64,000 nucleotides of DNA from Octopus vulgaris (lineage: Eukaryota). The stretch spans positions 87,916,001-87,980,000 of the forward strand of contig OX597822.1 of the NCBI GenBank assembly GCA_951406725.2, written 5' to 3'. Made by a program: the position numbers and the translations under genes. Below are positions 1 through 12,097 of this stretch, piece by piece (positions within the stretch are counted from its first letter, which is position 1; every line of letters begins with the position of its first letter). Below the pieces are notes generated by a model. That model saw nothing but the letters and a program-made list of their open reading frames with translations. It searched no databases and was not told the origin of the DNA.

Positions 1-251
1 TTGTAGATATATGTAATGTGTGTTGTTAGTATGTATGTGCACGAACCCACCAAAATTATGTTTTTCACATTATATAATCGTAATCTACACACTCTGAAAG
101 GTATTTATAAAAAAATTTTCATTAAAAATTACCCATTTTTCTGAAACTTATATGTAAAGAAAGCTGACTCGTGTGAATTTTCCGAAACTTCTCACCCAAC
201 CCACGGAAAAATCTTTTCCTCAATAAATTCTTATATAATTAGAATCCATAC

Positions 252-851
252 CAGTGGTTCTCAACCAGGGTCCATATAAAATTTCGGGATCTTTACCTTT
301 TGACCTAAAGATTTAAAAAATAATTTTTTGTAACTAAACACTTTCAAACTTCGAAATATACACCGCCGATAGTTGTTGTTGACAAACAACGGCCGACATT
401 TTATTCAGCTGAATACACGTCATTGATTGGTTGAAATTACCGAAATACGAGAACTTTAACGTGAAATAACTTCGTAAATATAATTTTTTCTCAAAAATGC
501 TAAGAGTAAAAGATGTTTTATAAGACACATTCTACCAGTGTCCGAAGTTTGAAAGTGTTTAGTTACAAAAAATTATTTTTTAAATCTGTAGGTCAAAAGG
601 TAAAGATCTAAATTTTGGTGGGTCCATGCAATAAAATAGCAAGTTGGGGATCCGGAATAGTATTCTAAGGGCCCTGAAAAAATTTTTGCTTTAGATGGTC
701 TGTATTGGTATGTATTGCAAGAAATAGCCAGGTTCCTTTCTCGAACGTTTTACATAGTTCAATCTACACAAATGTGAAAAACAAAATAGGAATTTTGAAA
801 GAAGTATTTATGAAGCTTGTTTTTAAACATCGAATGGTTACGAGAACTTCT
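252..851. mobile_element. hAT-type non-autonomous element
   Basis: Begins CAGTGGTTCTCAACC. A degenerate inverted end GGTTACGAGAACTTCTG lies at ~835-851. Confidence 0.5.
287..609. mobile_element. GG-ended MITE (Merlin-like), variant subfamily
   Basis: Long TIR GGATCTTTACCTTTTGACCTA / TAGGTCAAAAGGTAAAGATCT. 8-bp flanks AAATTTCG / AAATTTTG. Confidence 0.8.
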
Positions 852-1348
852 GATCTCATCACTCTGAAGCGTATTTGTAGAAAATGTCATTTAAACATAT
901 ACATTCTTCTGGAAGTTATGAGGCAACAAAGTCGGTGGTGGTGGGTAACGCATGTGGAGGTATGTCGAACTCCCTCGTTATGTGCCACATCCACAGGCAC
1001 CTGATTGTACAACGTCTTCTAGTGATGTTTAAGTATTTATTTCAGTCGCGGGTAAGGGTGATTAGGTGATGATCTAGGGCTTAGGGGCGGAAGACCCCAA
1101 ACCTTGAAAAAAAAAAAAAAAATTTAGTCGTCTTGTTGTTGTCGAGGGCTCTTCGTTGACGCCCAACACCACTGGGAGGTGGCCCTCGAAGTCACTGGAA
1201 ATGGAGATCTCCAGGTCCAAATTCTTGAACGGCTACTGTTGCTGCTGTTGTTGATGTAATTGTCGTTATTGGAGAACACCAATAGTAATTGGAGTACGTT
1301 CGAACGTACTATCCTCATCGACGAAGACTTCAGAGAAAGCAATTCAGT

Positions 1349-1505
1349 TAAAACCTTAACCCTAAAACCCTAGGGTTAGGGTTTTAGGGTTAGGTTTAGG
1401 GTTTTAGGGTTAGGGTGTTAGGGTTAGGGTTTTAGGGTTAGAGTTAGGGTTTTAGGGTTAGGGTTAGAGTTTTAGGACTTGGGTTTTAGGGTTTTAGGGT
1501 TAGGG
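1349..1505. repeat. Interstitial telomere-like array of TTAGGG and TTTTAGGG units with a short inverted head
   Basis: About 20 TTAGGG-like units at 1371-1505, preceded by AACCTTAACCCTAAAACCC. Confidence 0.9.
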
Positions 1506-1875
1506 AAAGCTTGTATGTCGACGCATGAAGGCTAACACTGTTACATGCACAATTCATGAGCTATGCAGAAAGAATCGGCGGGAAGAGGTGGCGTTGTTCC
1601 CGTGGATTCACTCGGGCTATACAAGTCAATTTCTGTTTTGAGAAAAGTCATTTGACTTTACCATTTATAATCCAAATAATGTATATATGTGGATAAGACT
1701 GTCGTTATTTCCCGTTACTATCGCAGTTTACTTTCATTTTTAGGACAGTTTACTTTCACTTTATTACCACATTCTCTTCATAATTACCATCATTACTACT
1801 TCCCCAATCTACGTCAACGCCAGTAATAAGCGCACCACTCCCTTCAACACTGCCAACACTCCCAAGATAAACTTC

Positions 1876-2160
1876 CCCACCGCCACCACCACCACCGCCG
1901 CCGCCGTCACCACCACCGCCGCCGCCGCCACCACCGCCACCGCCGCCGCCACCACCACCACCACCATCACCACCAACACTATCACCACCACCGCCGCCGC
2001 TGCACCCACGCTTACAACTGGAAACAACACATTTCCTACCACCACCATCAACGAATACGTTCTCCATCATCACCATTATAGTCACCACCACCGCAAATCG
2101 CGAACACCACCACCAACAACAACACCATCCTCACCATCAGCACTTCCTGCCACCACTACC
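1876..2160. repeat. (CCA/CCG)n trinucleotide repeat
   Basis: Seen directly; it explains the poly-G and poly-V/A ORFs. Confidence 0.9.
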
Positions 2161-2361
2161 CCAAATACGTCGCCTGTACCTGCCATCGCTACTTTATTCT
2201 CTATCAGACAGAACAAATGCAACATTGTTCCTTCAGTTTAGTCTATGACCAGAACCGTTCAGTATATCCCTCTGAGTAAAACCACCACCATATGATTAAC
2301 AGCCTTGTCCTACTCACCCTGCTACTCATTCAGCACTACACCAGGTCGCTCTCTGATATTT

Positions 2362-2441
<80 letters not shown>

Positions 2442-2769
2442 TTAGCTAGCTATCTATCTTATGTGGAACAGCGCCGTAATTCAAGGCTAAAACTCAAATT
2501 TCCAGTCAAATATCGATATAATAACTAGTAAACACCAAACATATTTCACATTAAATATTCCAACTATATCAGTGACTAATATAATTGTTCTTTATTAATT
2601 TCGTTTAGTATTTTCATTAAATTTCTTTAAATATTTAGACATTTCTTACCAAAAAAAGAGTAACGGCACAAAAGAACGAAGGAATTACTGTTTTTAAATC
2701 AATAATTTTTAGTGATAATCACACTTTAGCATCTTATTCCAGAAATTTACTTGAAGTGGGTTGATATGT

Positions 2770-2945
2770 TACGAGGGACGGCTGAAAAGTGCACAGGTTG
2801 CTTAAGATACCCTCACGGAATGCGACCAAATGAGGTTTATTTTTCAACATAGTCTCCCAAGCGGTCCACACACTTCTTCCATCGGTGCCTCAGTGCTTGG
2901 ATCCCATTGGTGAAGCTTTCATCCTGTTGCTTAAAAAAGTCAACA
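2770..2945 (-). mobile_element. mariner 3' fragment
   Basis: TA-CGAGGGACGGCTGAAAAGT terminus. The minus strand encodes IQALRHRWKKCVDRLGDYVEK*, a mariner C-terminus. Confidence 0.8.
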
Positions 2946-2953
2946 TAAGCTTA

Positions 2954-3118
2954 GGAGTGGCTGTGTAGTAAGTAGCTTGCTTACGAACCACATGGTTCCG
3001 TGTTCAGTCCCACTACGTGGCACCTTGGGCAAATGTCTTCTACTATAGCCTCGGACCGACCAAAGCCTTGTGAGAGGATTTAGTAGACGGAAATTGAAAG
3101 AAGCCCGTCGTATATATG

Positions 3119-3166
<48 letters not shown>

Positions 3167-3390
3167 TGTATGTATGTATGTGTGTGTATGTTTGTGTGTC
3201 TGTATTTGTCCCCCAACGTCGCTTGACAACTGATGCTGGTGTGTTTACGTCCCCGTAAATTAGCGGTTCGGCAAAAGAGACCGATAGAATATGTACTAGG
3301 CTTACAAAGAATAAGTCCTGGGGTCGATTTGCTCGACTAAAGGTGGTGCTCCAGCATGGTTGCAGTCAAGTGACTGAAACAAATAAAAGA
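2954..3390 (+). mobile_element. tRNA-derived SINE family 1, full length, with internal microsatellite
   Basis: A-box-like TGGCTGTGTAGT and B-box-like GTTCAGTCCC head, central (TA/TATG)n, 3' half ending CAGCATGG..GACTGAAAC. Many copies occur in the window. Confidence 0.85.
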
Positions 3391-3689
3391 GTATCAGATA
3401 TCACATAACTGCCTCAGCAAGATGGTATAGTACACTCCATTGATGCTGTGTCCTTTTTGAAGATAGTCAATAAGCACAATGTATTTTGCATCCTCCCAAA
3501 AATGAGGCCGTCACTTTCCTTGCAGATGAAACAACCTCAGCCTTCTTTGGTGCTAGTGAGGGGAAATGTTTCCTTGCATCTATGAATAAAATTCCCTCAC
3601 AGATTTTAAATAAAATCTAAAATATGTTTTTAGACTTTTTATTGAATACGAATTAGTCACATTATACAAAATATGTATAATTTTATATA

Positions 3690-5070
3690 TAATCACAAAG
3701 TGAGAAACTTGACACTGCTTCTTAGCTACAAGATCTTGACTGCGTGGTTGAATGCCAGAGTGTGCACAACGTAAGTCCCTTTCAACGTTCAGCCTGTTTC
3801 TGTACTTGATATTTACAGTAACGAGTGTGGAAAATGCAGCTTCACAAAGATACGTGGGTCCAAACATAGCTAAAATCCAAAGAGTCTGATGTGAGATCAG
3901 AGGGTAAACAGAAAGCTATTTGATCCGGAACATTTCAAGATCCAGTTCTTTGAAGTCTTCCTTAGCTGGGGAGTTGAACTTCAGCTCAAGAAACTCCTCT
4001 TGCACTTCATCCAAAACATCAGTCACTTCACAATGAAATGGGTTCCTGATGAATTTCCAAGCTTCACGCTTTTCCTCTATATCTGGGAAGCATCTGATGA
4101 ATTCTGTTTTCAAGTCAGTTAGATGAGTGATTATTTGTTTCTTTAAGGTTCGAATGGTGTCGTGGTGCGTGAGAATGTTGATGTTTTTCCCTTGTAGTTT
4201 AAGGTTGAGAGCATTCAACGCTTCGAAGATGTCCACCGGGTAAGCTAGAAATAGCTGAAAGCCTTCAGACTGGAACTTGTCATGGAGATCTGCCTTCTGC
4301 TGCAAATCAAGAAATATTGTTACTTCTCGTAGTTCATAAAGCCGTCCAAGCATGTTCCCCTCTGATAGCCATTGTACGTTCGTGTGAAAAAGCAATGCTT
4401 CGTATTCAGATTCAAACAACAGTTTGAAAAGACGAATGTTTAAGGTTCCACATTTAGCAAAGTTGACAACCTTGATAGCCACGTTCAGGACGTTTCTCAT
4501 TTCAGTAGGTAAGGTTCTGGATGCTAAGGCTTCACGATGAAACAACAGATGGATTTTTTCTTTCACCCTAGTAATGAATCCAGACTGCAGACCAAGCATG
4601 GCTGGAGCCCCATCAATGCATACCCCTCTAAGCGAATGCTACGAAAGTTAGTTTTTCCGGAAAGGAGTTTGATACATCACGAAAAATAGCTGCTGCTGTT
4701 GTATAACTATCCATAGGGTAAAAGAACATCTCTTTTACATATTTGCCTGACACAAAACGAGCATATACCAGTAGTTGAGAACACTGAGCAATGTTAGTCG
4801 TTTCATCACACTGGATGGCAAAAACAGGAGAATCTCTTACCTGGTCGAGAATTTGATCCTTTATGTCTTGAGACAAGTCGTCGATCCTTCCATTGACTGT
4901 ATCGTTTGATAGTGAAATCTGGGAAAGCTTGTTTGCACTATCTTTCTATAGAACAAGTTCTGCTGCACGGAGTACACTTGGTTTTATGAGAGAATCTCCG
5001 ATGTTATGACTCTTCTTGCTCTTTACAATCAACATGACGATCTCATAGGAAGCCTCAACAACCATTGAAG
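3690..5070 (-). pseudogene. hAT Buster/Charlie-type (ZBED8/SCAND3-like) transposase remnant
   Basis: FAIQCDETTNIAQCSQLLVYARF, HREALASRTLP, LLFHTNVQWLSEG and dimerisation motif TYLCEAAFSTL..KYRNRL, split by stops and frameshifts. Confidence 0.9.
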
Positions 5071-6699
5071 TTTTTAACAAACATTTAATATAAAAAAATT
5101 TGGTTTTATTGTTTTCGAAACTTTATTAAATTGAACAGTAGTAGAACCTATTACATATTTTTTGTTTTATTTCCTATTTTTAAATTTATCATATTTTCCT
5201 TCTTGCTAAAATTTTAAAATAGTTTTCAATTTTTAAAAATTAAGTTAATATTTCTTAGTATGTTACTATAATGATTTAATAATGTTTCAGCATGTCTCTT
5301 GATTTTTAAGAATCACATTATTTCATATATATGAAAACTGTGGATCAAACTAGTTTATAATCTACCAACCTGAAACTTGAAACGAAAAAAATTACAAAAT
5401 AAAGGCAAATGTTAAAGTTACAATTCAGAATTAGTGAGGGTTTTGAGGGATATGAAGTGGGGTCAATAAGAACAGAGAAAAAGCAAGCTAGTAGAATGGT
5501 AAGATAGTAGAATAAGAAAACTGAAGGTATAAGGTGATATTTTTGCATTTTTTCATAAACTTCTCATTATTTGACAATGCTCTCGTTAAGAGATTAACAA
5601 ATATAATTAGATAAATTCCTGCTTTTTCTCAACGGCTTGCCCCCCCCCCCCGGTAGTTACTGACGCCCCCCCCCGCTAAGGTTAAGAACCATTGCTTTAT
5701 AGTGTTCACAGAGCTTCGAGCAGCAACCGTGAGGTCGGCATTTTGATACCCAGCGCGAATCATCTTGATACAGGTAACTATTTTCCAATGTTTTGATGAC
5801 TTTCAGTCCTTCATGCCAGCTAACTTCTTCTCAACTACAGCTTTAAGTTTTGTGCCCTCCAGCGCCGTTGACTTTTCACCTATGCATCAAGCTGTTCTTG
5901 AAAAAAGGAGACATAAAAAACTCGTCAAATTTAGCTCGAACACCCTTTATTTGCAAACCTGCATACCGACAGCTTGGGACTTTAGCCACTTCGTTTCCAA
6001 ACTATGGCAATAGAGAGATTTGGCAGCTCTCCAAGTCACTTAGTATTCCCTTCCACAGATAACATTATCTACCTGTTGATCAGGAAGGACATTGAAAAGA
6101 TAGCCTAAATTAGGGATCGGCAAACGTCTTATATCATTAATCCCTCCATGGAATTGTTGAAAACGTATCTCCCTATCATGTAAATTTTAACATAATATTA
6201 AAAAGTATAATTAATAAAAGATTTTTTGAATACAACAACTCCTTCGTTCTTTGTGTCATTACTACTTACTAAGAAGAAATATTATAGAAATTTAATTAAA
6301 ATACTTATCGAAATTGATAAAGAACAAACTCAGAATATTTAATATAAAATATGTGTTCGCTGAATATTAGTTATTGCATCAATATTTGGCTGAAAATAAG
6401 TGAGTTTTGGCTTTTCCAGATTTAGTCCGCCAATAATATAGCTCAAAATCGCTTAACGGAGTTTATCGACCTCTCGGATAACCAGAGATTTCCAGGGATC
6501 AATACTGACCTCTTTGCCGACCCCTGATTTAGTACATTGCTTGCCTATTTCTACAACAGATCAGTAACTCCAACTCTGGCGATTGGTCTCCCTTTGCTCT
6601 TTTTGGAGGGTGCTTTGGTAACATCCGAGTAATTTTTCTACTTTCTAACAACTTGCTGCATTCGGACACGCGTGTACTTCCTGCATATATATATATATA

Positions 6700-8983
6700 C
6701 AGAGCAACCTTGGTTCTCGAACGTCTCACATATCGAACAAACCGGCTTTTGAACAGAAAATTCAAGATGAAAATGCCTCGGTTATCGAACGAAATTTCGG
6801 TACTCGAACAACGTTGTCGAACCGAGTTAACCCGAATGGTATCATTTCTGAGTCGACCGCCCTGTTGTATACATTCATGCGTTGTGCCATGCTTTTCTTT
6901 TCACTTTTATCGTACTGAGCCTTTTTTTTCTTTTCATTAGCCCTTAGTCATGGCTCCAAAGAAAGCTAGCAGTGATACCGGTAAAGGAAAAAGAAAAGTT
7001 GAGAGAAAAACAATTGCGGTGAAGAAAGAAATCATCGCAAAACACAAAAATGGCGTTCGTGTGTTAGATCTCGCTGGGCAGTACAGCCTGCCTAAATCGA
7101 CAATATCTACTATACTAAAAAAATAGGGAAGTGATAACAGCAGTTGATGTTGCAAAAGGAGTGACTGTTATTAATAAACAAAGACCAAAGGTACTCGAAG
7201 AAGTGGAAAAGTTATTGCTTATTTTTATAAATGAGAAACAGTTAGCAGGTGACAGTATCAGTAAAGCATTTATTTGTGAGAAAGCATTAGAAATTTATAA
7301 TGCTCTTACCCTGGTACAAATGCTGAAAGAGACACTTTTGAATTCAAAGCTTGCAGAGGCTAGTTCGAGAAATTTAAGAAGAGTTTGATTTTACTCAGGT
7401 CAAATACACAGTGTAATTAGGCATGGAGAGGCGGCGAGTTCAAACAAGGAAGCGGCTGAGAAATTTGATTGAGTTTAGTGACTTGAGAAAGGAAGGAGGT
7501 TATCTCCCCCAACAAGTGTTTAACGGGGGTGAAACAGGATTATTTTGGAAACGTATGCCAAATAGGACCTATATTACTAAGGAGGAAGAAGCATTGCCAG
7601 GCCATAAGTCAATGAAAGATAGACTCACTCTTTTGCTATGCGGTAACGCAAGTGGCGATTTCAAGGTCAAGCCATTGCTTGTTTACCATTCCGATAATCC
7701 GAGGGTTTTCAAAAGAAACAATGTTATGAAGAGTAAATTGCCTGTTGTGTGTGTGTGTGTGTGGGGGGGGGCTAATACGAAAGCTTGGGTAACCAGACAA
7801 TGTTTTATTGAGTGGATTCATGAAGTTTTTGCCCCGAGTGTTAAAAAATATCTGTAAGAAAAAACTTACCACTAAAATGTCTTCTCGTCTTAGACAACGC
7901 TCCCGCTCACCCTCCAGGTTTGGAGGATGACTTAGTTGAAGAGTTTGATTTTACTCAGGTCAAATACCTGCCACTTAACACAACTCAAAATACAACCAAT
8001 AGACCAACAGGTCATTGCAAATTTTAAGAAACTTTACACAAAAGCCCTGCTTCGAAATTGTTTTCAAGTTACTAATAACACCCAGTTAATCCTCAAAGAA
8101 TTTTGGAAAAATCATTTCAATATCCTGAATTGTGTTAATCTTATTGATAATGCATGGAACCAAGTGAGTCTCAGAACCATGAATTCAGCATGAAGGAAAC
8201 ATTGGCCAGACTGTCTACCAGAACGAGACTATGAGGGGTTTGAGACAGCTACAAGTACTGCTGCTGTCGAGGAAATTGCTATTGTTGATGATATTGTCTC
8301 TATGGGGAAAGCTTTGGGCATGGATGTTGACAGTGAAGATACTGAAGAGCTGGTGGAAGACTACCGTACTGAGCCTACCACCGAAGAGCTCGTACACCTT
8401 CAAAATGAACAGCAAAAGACTGGCTGAGGAAATGACTTCTGAGGAGAAGGAAGGGAGGGTGTCCCAAGTTCTTTAATCAAAGACATTTGTGCTAAACGAG
8501 GTGATATGCAAAGTTTTGTGGGGAAAATATCACTCTGATACAGTGGTAGCAAATAGAGTAGTAAACCTTTTCAATGATAATGTCATGTTTCATTTTAGAA
8601 ACATTTTACAACGCAGGCAAAAACAACTAACATTGGACAGGTTTTTACTGAAAGGAAAAAGAAAAAAACCCAGAGAAAGATTTACTGGACCAAAGAGACA
8701 GAGAAGGGAAGAAACCTTCGGAAGACAGTTACCGGAAGTTTTTATGGAAGAGGACTCACCTTCTAAGAAATAACACACTTTTGTGTGTTATTTACAGTTT
8801 GAATAAACGTTTTTATACTAAAATATATAGTGTAAGCATATAAATAAGCATCCATCCGGTGCTTGGAAACGAATTAATCCCTTTTACATTAATTGTAATG
8901 GGAAAAATGATTTGGTTCTCGAACAATTCCGTTTTCGAACACACTTTCAGAGCAAATTATGGTCGAGAACCGAGGACGCTCTG
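6700..8983 (+). mobile_element. Full-length Tigger/pogo DNA transposon with inactivated transposase (~6950-8773)
   Basis: TA-flanked TIRs CAGAGCAACCTTGGTTCTCGA / TCGAGAACCGAGGACGCTCTG. CENP-B-like HTH region, QVFNGGETGLFWKRMP, KDRLTLLLCGNASGD, LDNAPAHP, QPIDQQVI. Multiple stops. Confidence 0.95.
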
Positions 8984-8985
8984 TA

Positions 8986-9061
<76 letters not shown>

Positions 9062-9084
9062 TGAGTGATGGGATTGCTCCCTCC

Positions 9085-9240
9085 GCTTGACAACCGGTGT
9101 TGGTTTGCTTACATCTCCAAAACTTAGAGGTATGACAAAAAAGAGCCTAAGAGTAAGTGTCAGATTTAAAAACCTAATACTGGGGTCGATTTATTCGATT
9201 AGACCCTTTAAGGCTGTGCTCCGACAACTAAAATATAAGA
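9085..9240 (+). mobile_element. SINE family 1, 3' fragment
   Basis: GCTTGACAACCGGTGTTGGT..CTGGGGTCGATTT..GTGCTCC. Confidence 0.6.
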
Positions 9241-9531
9241 TACGAAAGCAAAAAGACCGGAAATGATGACAGCAAAGCCAGAAAGATATGAAAATGATAA
9301 AAGGGAAGTGTTGACAGCAGAATGCGTGAGAAATTGAAGTTACTGAACAATAGAAATTATTTATTATCTCTCTCTAACATGAAAAATGCGAACATTTGCA
9401 CTAGAATTATATTTTTCATTTGTTCAACGTATTTTTCCACATGTGGAGACAGGATGTGTACATCATTCATCTCATTCTGTTGTCCACTTCTTTTTTTACT
9501 TTGCCAACATAGATTCAATAATCTATGTATG

Positions 9532-9674
9532 GGATCTTTTCCTTTTGAACGGCACTTTGCAACATAATTTCTAGGTAACTAAAAAGTTTTAAACTTCGTA
9601 TACTGGTAGAATGTGTTTATAAAACATCATTTTCTCTTGGCTTTATTGAGAAAATTCTATAGTTTGTAAGATCC
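9532..9674 (-). mobile_element. Merlin-like MITE, 143-bp derivative
   Basis: Full TIR at the left, only AAGATCC at the right. Perfect 8-bp TSD TATGTATG. Confidence 0.85.
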
Positions 9675-10267
9675 TATGTATGTAATAGTGTATACAATGT
9701 ACGAAATGCAGCGAAAAGACTGACAAGTTCTTCAGTAAGTTCCTTCGCCACATCTGACATATTAAGCCCAAATATCGGAAATCAAACCCGTAACTTGTAT
9801 GTGTCCATTTTCGATGCATGTTCATTTACCATCTCGAATGATAATGCTTCCAAAGCTTGACTGCTTGATATTCGTTGACCCTGCATTAGGTTTATCCATC
9901 CTTTTGATGTGCATTTTATTCTTTTTTTTTTTTTTTCGTTTCTTTTGTTGCTGGGTCTCTTGTAACCTCTTTTATCAAGTCTGCATAGCGGGGCGAGCTG
10001 ATTTCAGGTTTAGTCGCCTGTGACTCGACAGTTCAACAAGACTATATGTTGTCAATGGCATTTGTGAGCAATCTGAGAAAGAGTACAATGTGTGTCTGTG
10101 TTCGTGTGTATCTGTGTGTGTGCATCTGTGTGTGTATGTAGTGCGTACGTGCGTTCGTGTCTGAGAAAGAGTAAGAGAGAGAGAGAGTTAAAACCTAATA
10201 TTGTTAGAATCCGCGATTAAATCTCACTTTAAGTTGCAAGTGTGTTTATGTAACGATATATATTTTA

Positions 10268-10553
10268 CTAGCAGTATCGCCCGGCGTTGCTCGGGTTTGT
10301 AAGGGAAATAACTATATAAGCATTTTTAGAGAGTTACTTCCCTTATATAATAGCGAAAAAAATGCATTAAAATGGAAAAAAATGATGGTAATTTTTTAAA
10401 AATCGTAGACGCGCGCTAATACCCAGAAGGGCTCGATATGAATCACGACTATAAGATACCCGGTTTTGGTTAAACTGCACCGCAAAATGTGGGAGTAGTT
10501 AGGAATCTAAATCGTAGGAGACAGACACACAACTTGACTTTTATATATAAAGA
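10268..10553 (-). mobile_element. Non-autonomous Helitron, short unit of a tandem pair
   Basis: Minus strand 5'-TCTTTATATATA ... CCCGAGCAACGCCGGG hairpin ... CTAG-3'. Confidence 0.85.
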
Positions 10554-11072
10554 CTAGCAGTATCGCCCGGCGTTGCTCGGGTTTGTAAGGGAAATAACTA
10601 TATAAGCATTTTTAGTGAGTTATAACAAAAAAATAGCAAAAAAATGCATTAAAAATGGAATAAAAAATGATGGTAATTTTGGTGTCTTCAAGCCATGAAG
10701 TCGTTCTAAAAGAACGCTGGTCTCCTTGACAATGCTTTACGACGTTGATTTCCTTACACTCCCTTCCCCACAGCTTCACGAGGGAGGGAAGAAGGAGGAG
10801 AAGCAACACAGGTGCAGGTGTGACCATGGACGCCAATTCCGCCGCCATCGACACACGAAAAAATATGCGTTAAAATGGAAAAAATGAGGTTAAATTATTT
10901 TTAAAATCGTAGACTCATCGTAGACGCGCGCTAATACCCAGACGGGCTCGATATGAATCACGACTATAAGATACCCGAATTTGGTTAAACTGCACCGCAA
11001 AATGTGGGAGTAGTTAGGAATCTAAATCGTAGGAGACAGACACTCACACAACTACAGTTTTATATATATAGA
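10554..11072 (-). mobile_element. Non-autonomous Helitron, long unit of a tandem pair
   Basis: 5'-TC and CTAG-3' termini, the same subterminal hairpin, no TSD. The pair sits between A and T. Confidence 0.85.
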
Positions 11073-11275
11073 TTTTCCATTTTCCTCTCTGTTACTGTCG
11101 TCCTTTATAGATTTTCAATTTAAATTCTTTTACATTTTGACGACCTAAATTAGATTTGACTCGTTCATTTTTTAAAGGCTTGTATCAATGTTGTCCTGCG
11201 TATCTCTACAGACATCGCATATGTTAGACATTTATAACATTTCAATTGGTTCAATACGTAACTTCCAGCCATGAC

Positions 11276-11709
11276 GGATCTTTTCGGTTTGAACAGTAGT
11301 TTTTTCTAGCGGTGTCATATGAAATTGTCATCCATAATTATGACCCTAGAATCGATCTATTGTATTTCAATCTCTTTTAGGGTTATGGTTAGTAAGGGTT
11401 AGGGTTAGGGGTGGGGGAAGGGTATCTTTTTTTCATCACAAATGTAGATAAACCCAATCTGTTTCTTAAACGAGGGACATATTCATACGGCACAGAATGC
11501 TTTTTAACTCAATAGATGTCACTGATTGATTGAAATTGCAGAAATTGAAGAAAAAAAAAACAAAAAATATCTTACAAACTATAGAATTTTCTCAATAAAG
11601 CCAAGAGAAAAAGATATTTTATAAACACATTCTACCAGTATACGAAGTTTCAAATTTTTTAGTTACCTAGAAATTATGTTAAAAACTGCCGTTCAAACCG
11701 AAAAGATCC
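11276..11709 (+). mobile_element. Merlin-like MITE with internal TTAGGG
   Basis: TIR GGATCTTTTCGGTTTGAAC / GTTCAAACCGAAAAGATCC. Perfect TSD GCCATGAC. Confidence 0.92.
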
Positions 11710-11809
11710 GCCATGACAAATTCAGTGTCATCACTTTCCCCTTTTTTTTTTGGTGGTGATGGCGATGGTGGTGATGGTGATGATGAGTACGATGATGTAA
11801 TGATAATTC

Positions 11810-12045
11810 CTTCTACTATTGACACAAAGCCTGAAATTTTGAAGCTGGGGGTGGGGTGGGTCTTAGTCACTTACATCGATACCCCAGTGCTAAGCTGGTA
11901 CTTATTTAATATTTAATCGAACCCGAAAGAATGAAAGGCATAATCGACCTCGGCAGAATTTGAACATAGAACGTAATGTATCGGACGAAGTGCCTCTAAA
12001 CATATTGTCCGGTGTGCTAACGGTTCAGTCACAACTCGCCGCCTT
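11810..12045 (-). mobile_element. tRNA-derived SINE family 2
   Basis: Reverse complement of 28106-28336 (GGCGGCGAGTTG..GTTCAAATTCTGCCGAGGTCGA..AAGTACCAG). Confidence 0.8.
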
Positions 12046-12097
12046 TGACGATGCAATGATAATGGTAGTGATGTGGTAGTCTTGATGATGATGATGA

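Larger units (their letters stand above)
1..900. repeat. Interspersed repeat (same family as 60700-62030) with nested insertions
   Basis: 1-250 and 860-895 align by eye with 61548-61985 (TTGTAGATAT..CGAACCCACCAAA..CTGAAGCGTATTTGTAGA). Confidence 0.7.

Noticed and set aside
1349-1505. Telomere-telomere fusion scar
   Set aside because: Polarity is CCCTAA then TTAGGG, opposite to a fusion, and the C-strand part is only about three units.
1756-2091. Glycine-rich protein ORF
   Set aside because: Fully explained by the (CCA/CCG)n repeat.
3690-5070. Domesticated ZBED8/SCAND3-like host gene
   Set aside because: Multiple stops, frameshifts and internal deletions indicate a dead transposon.
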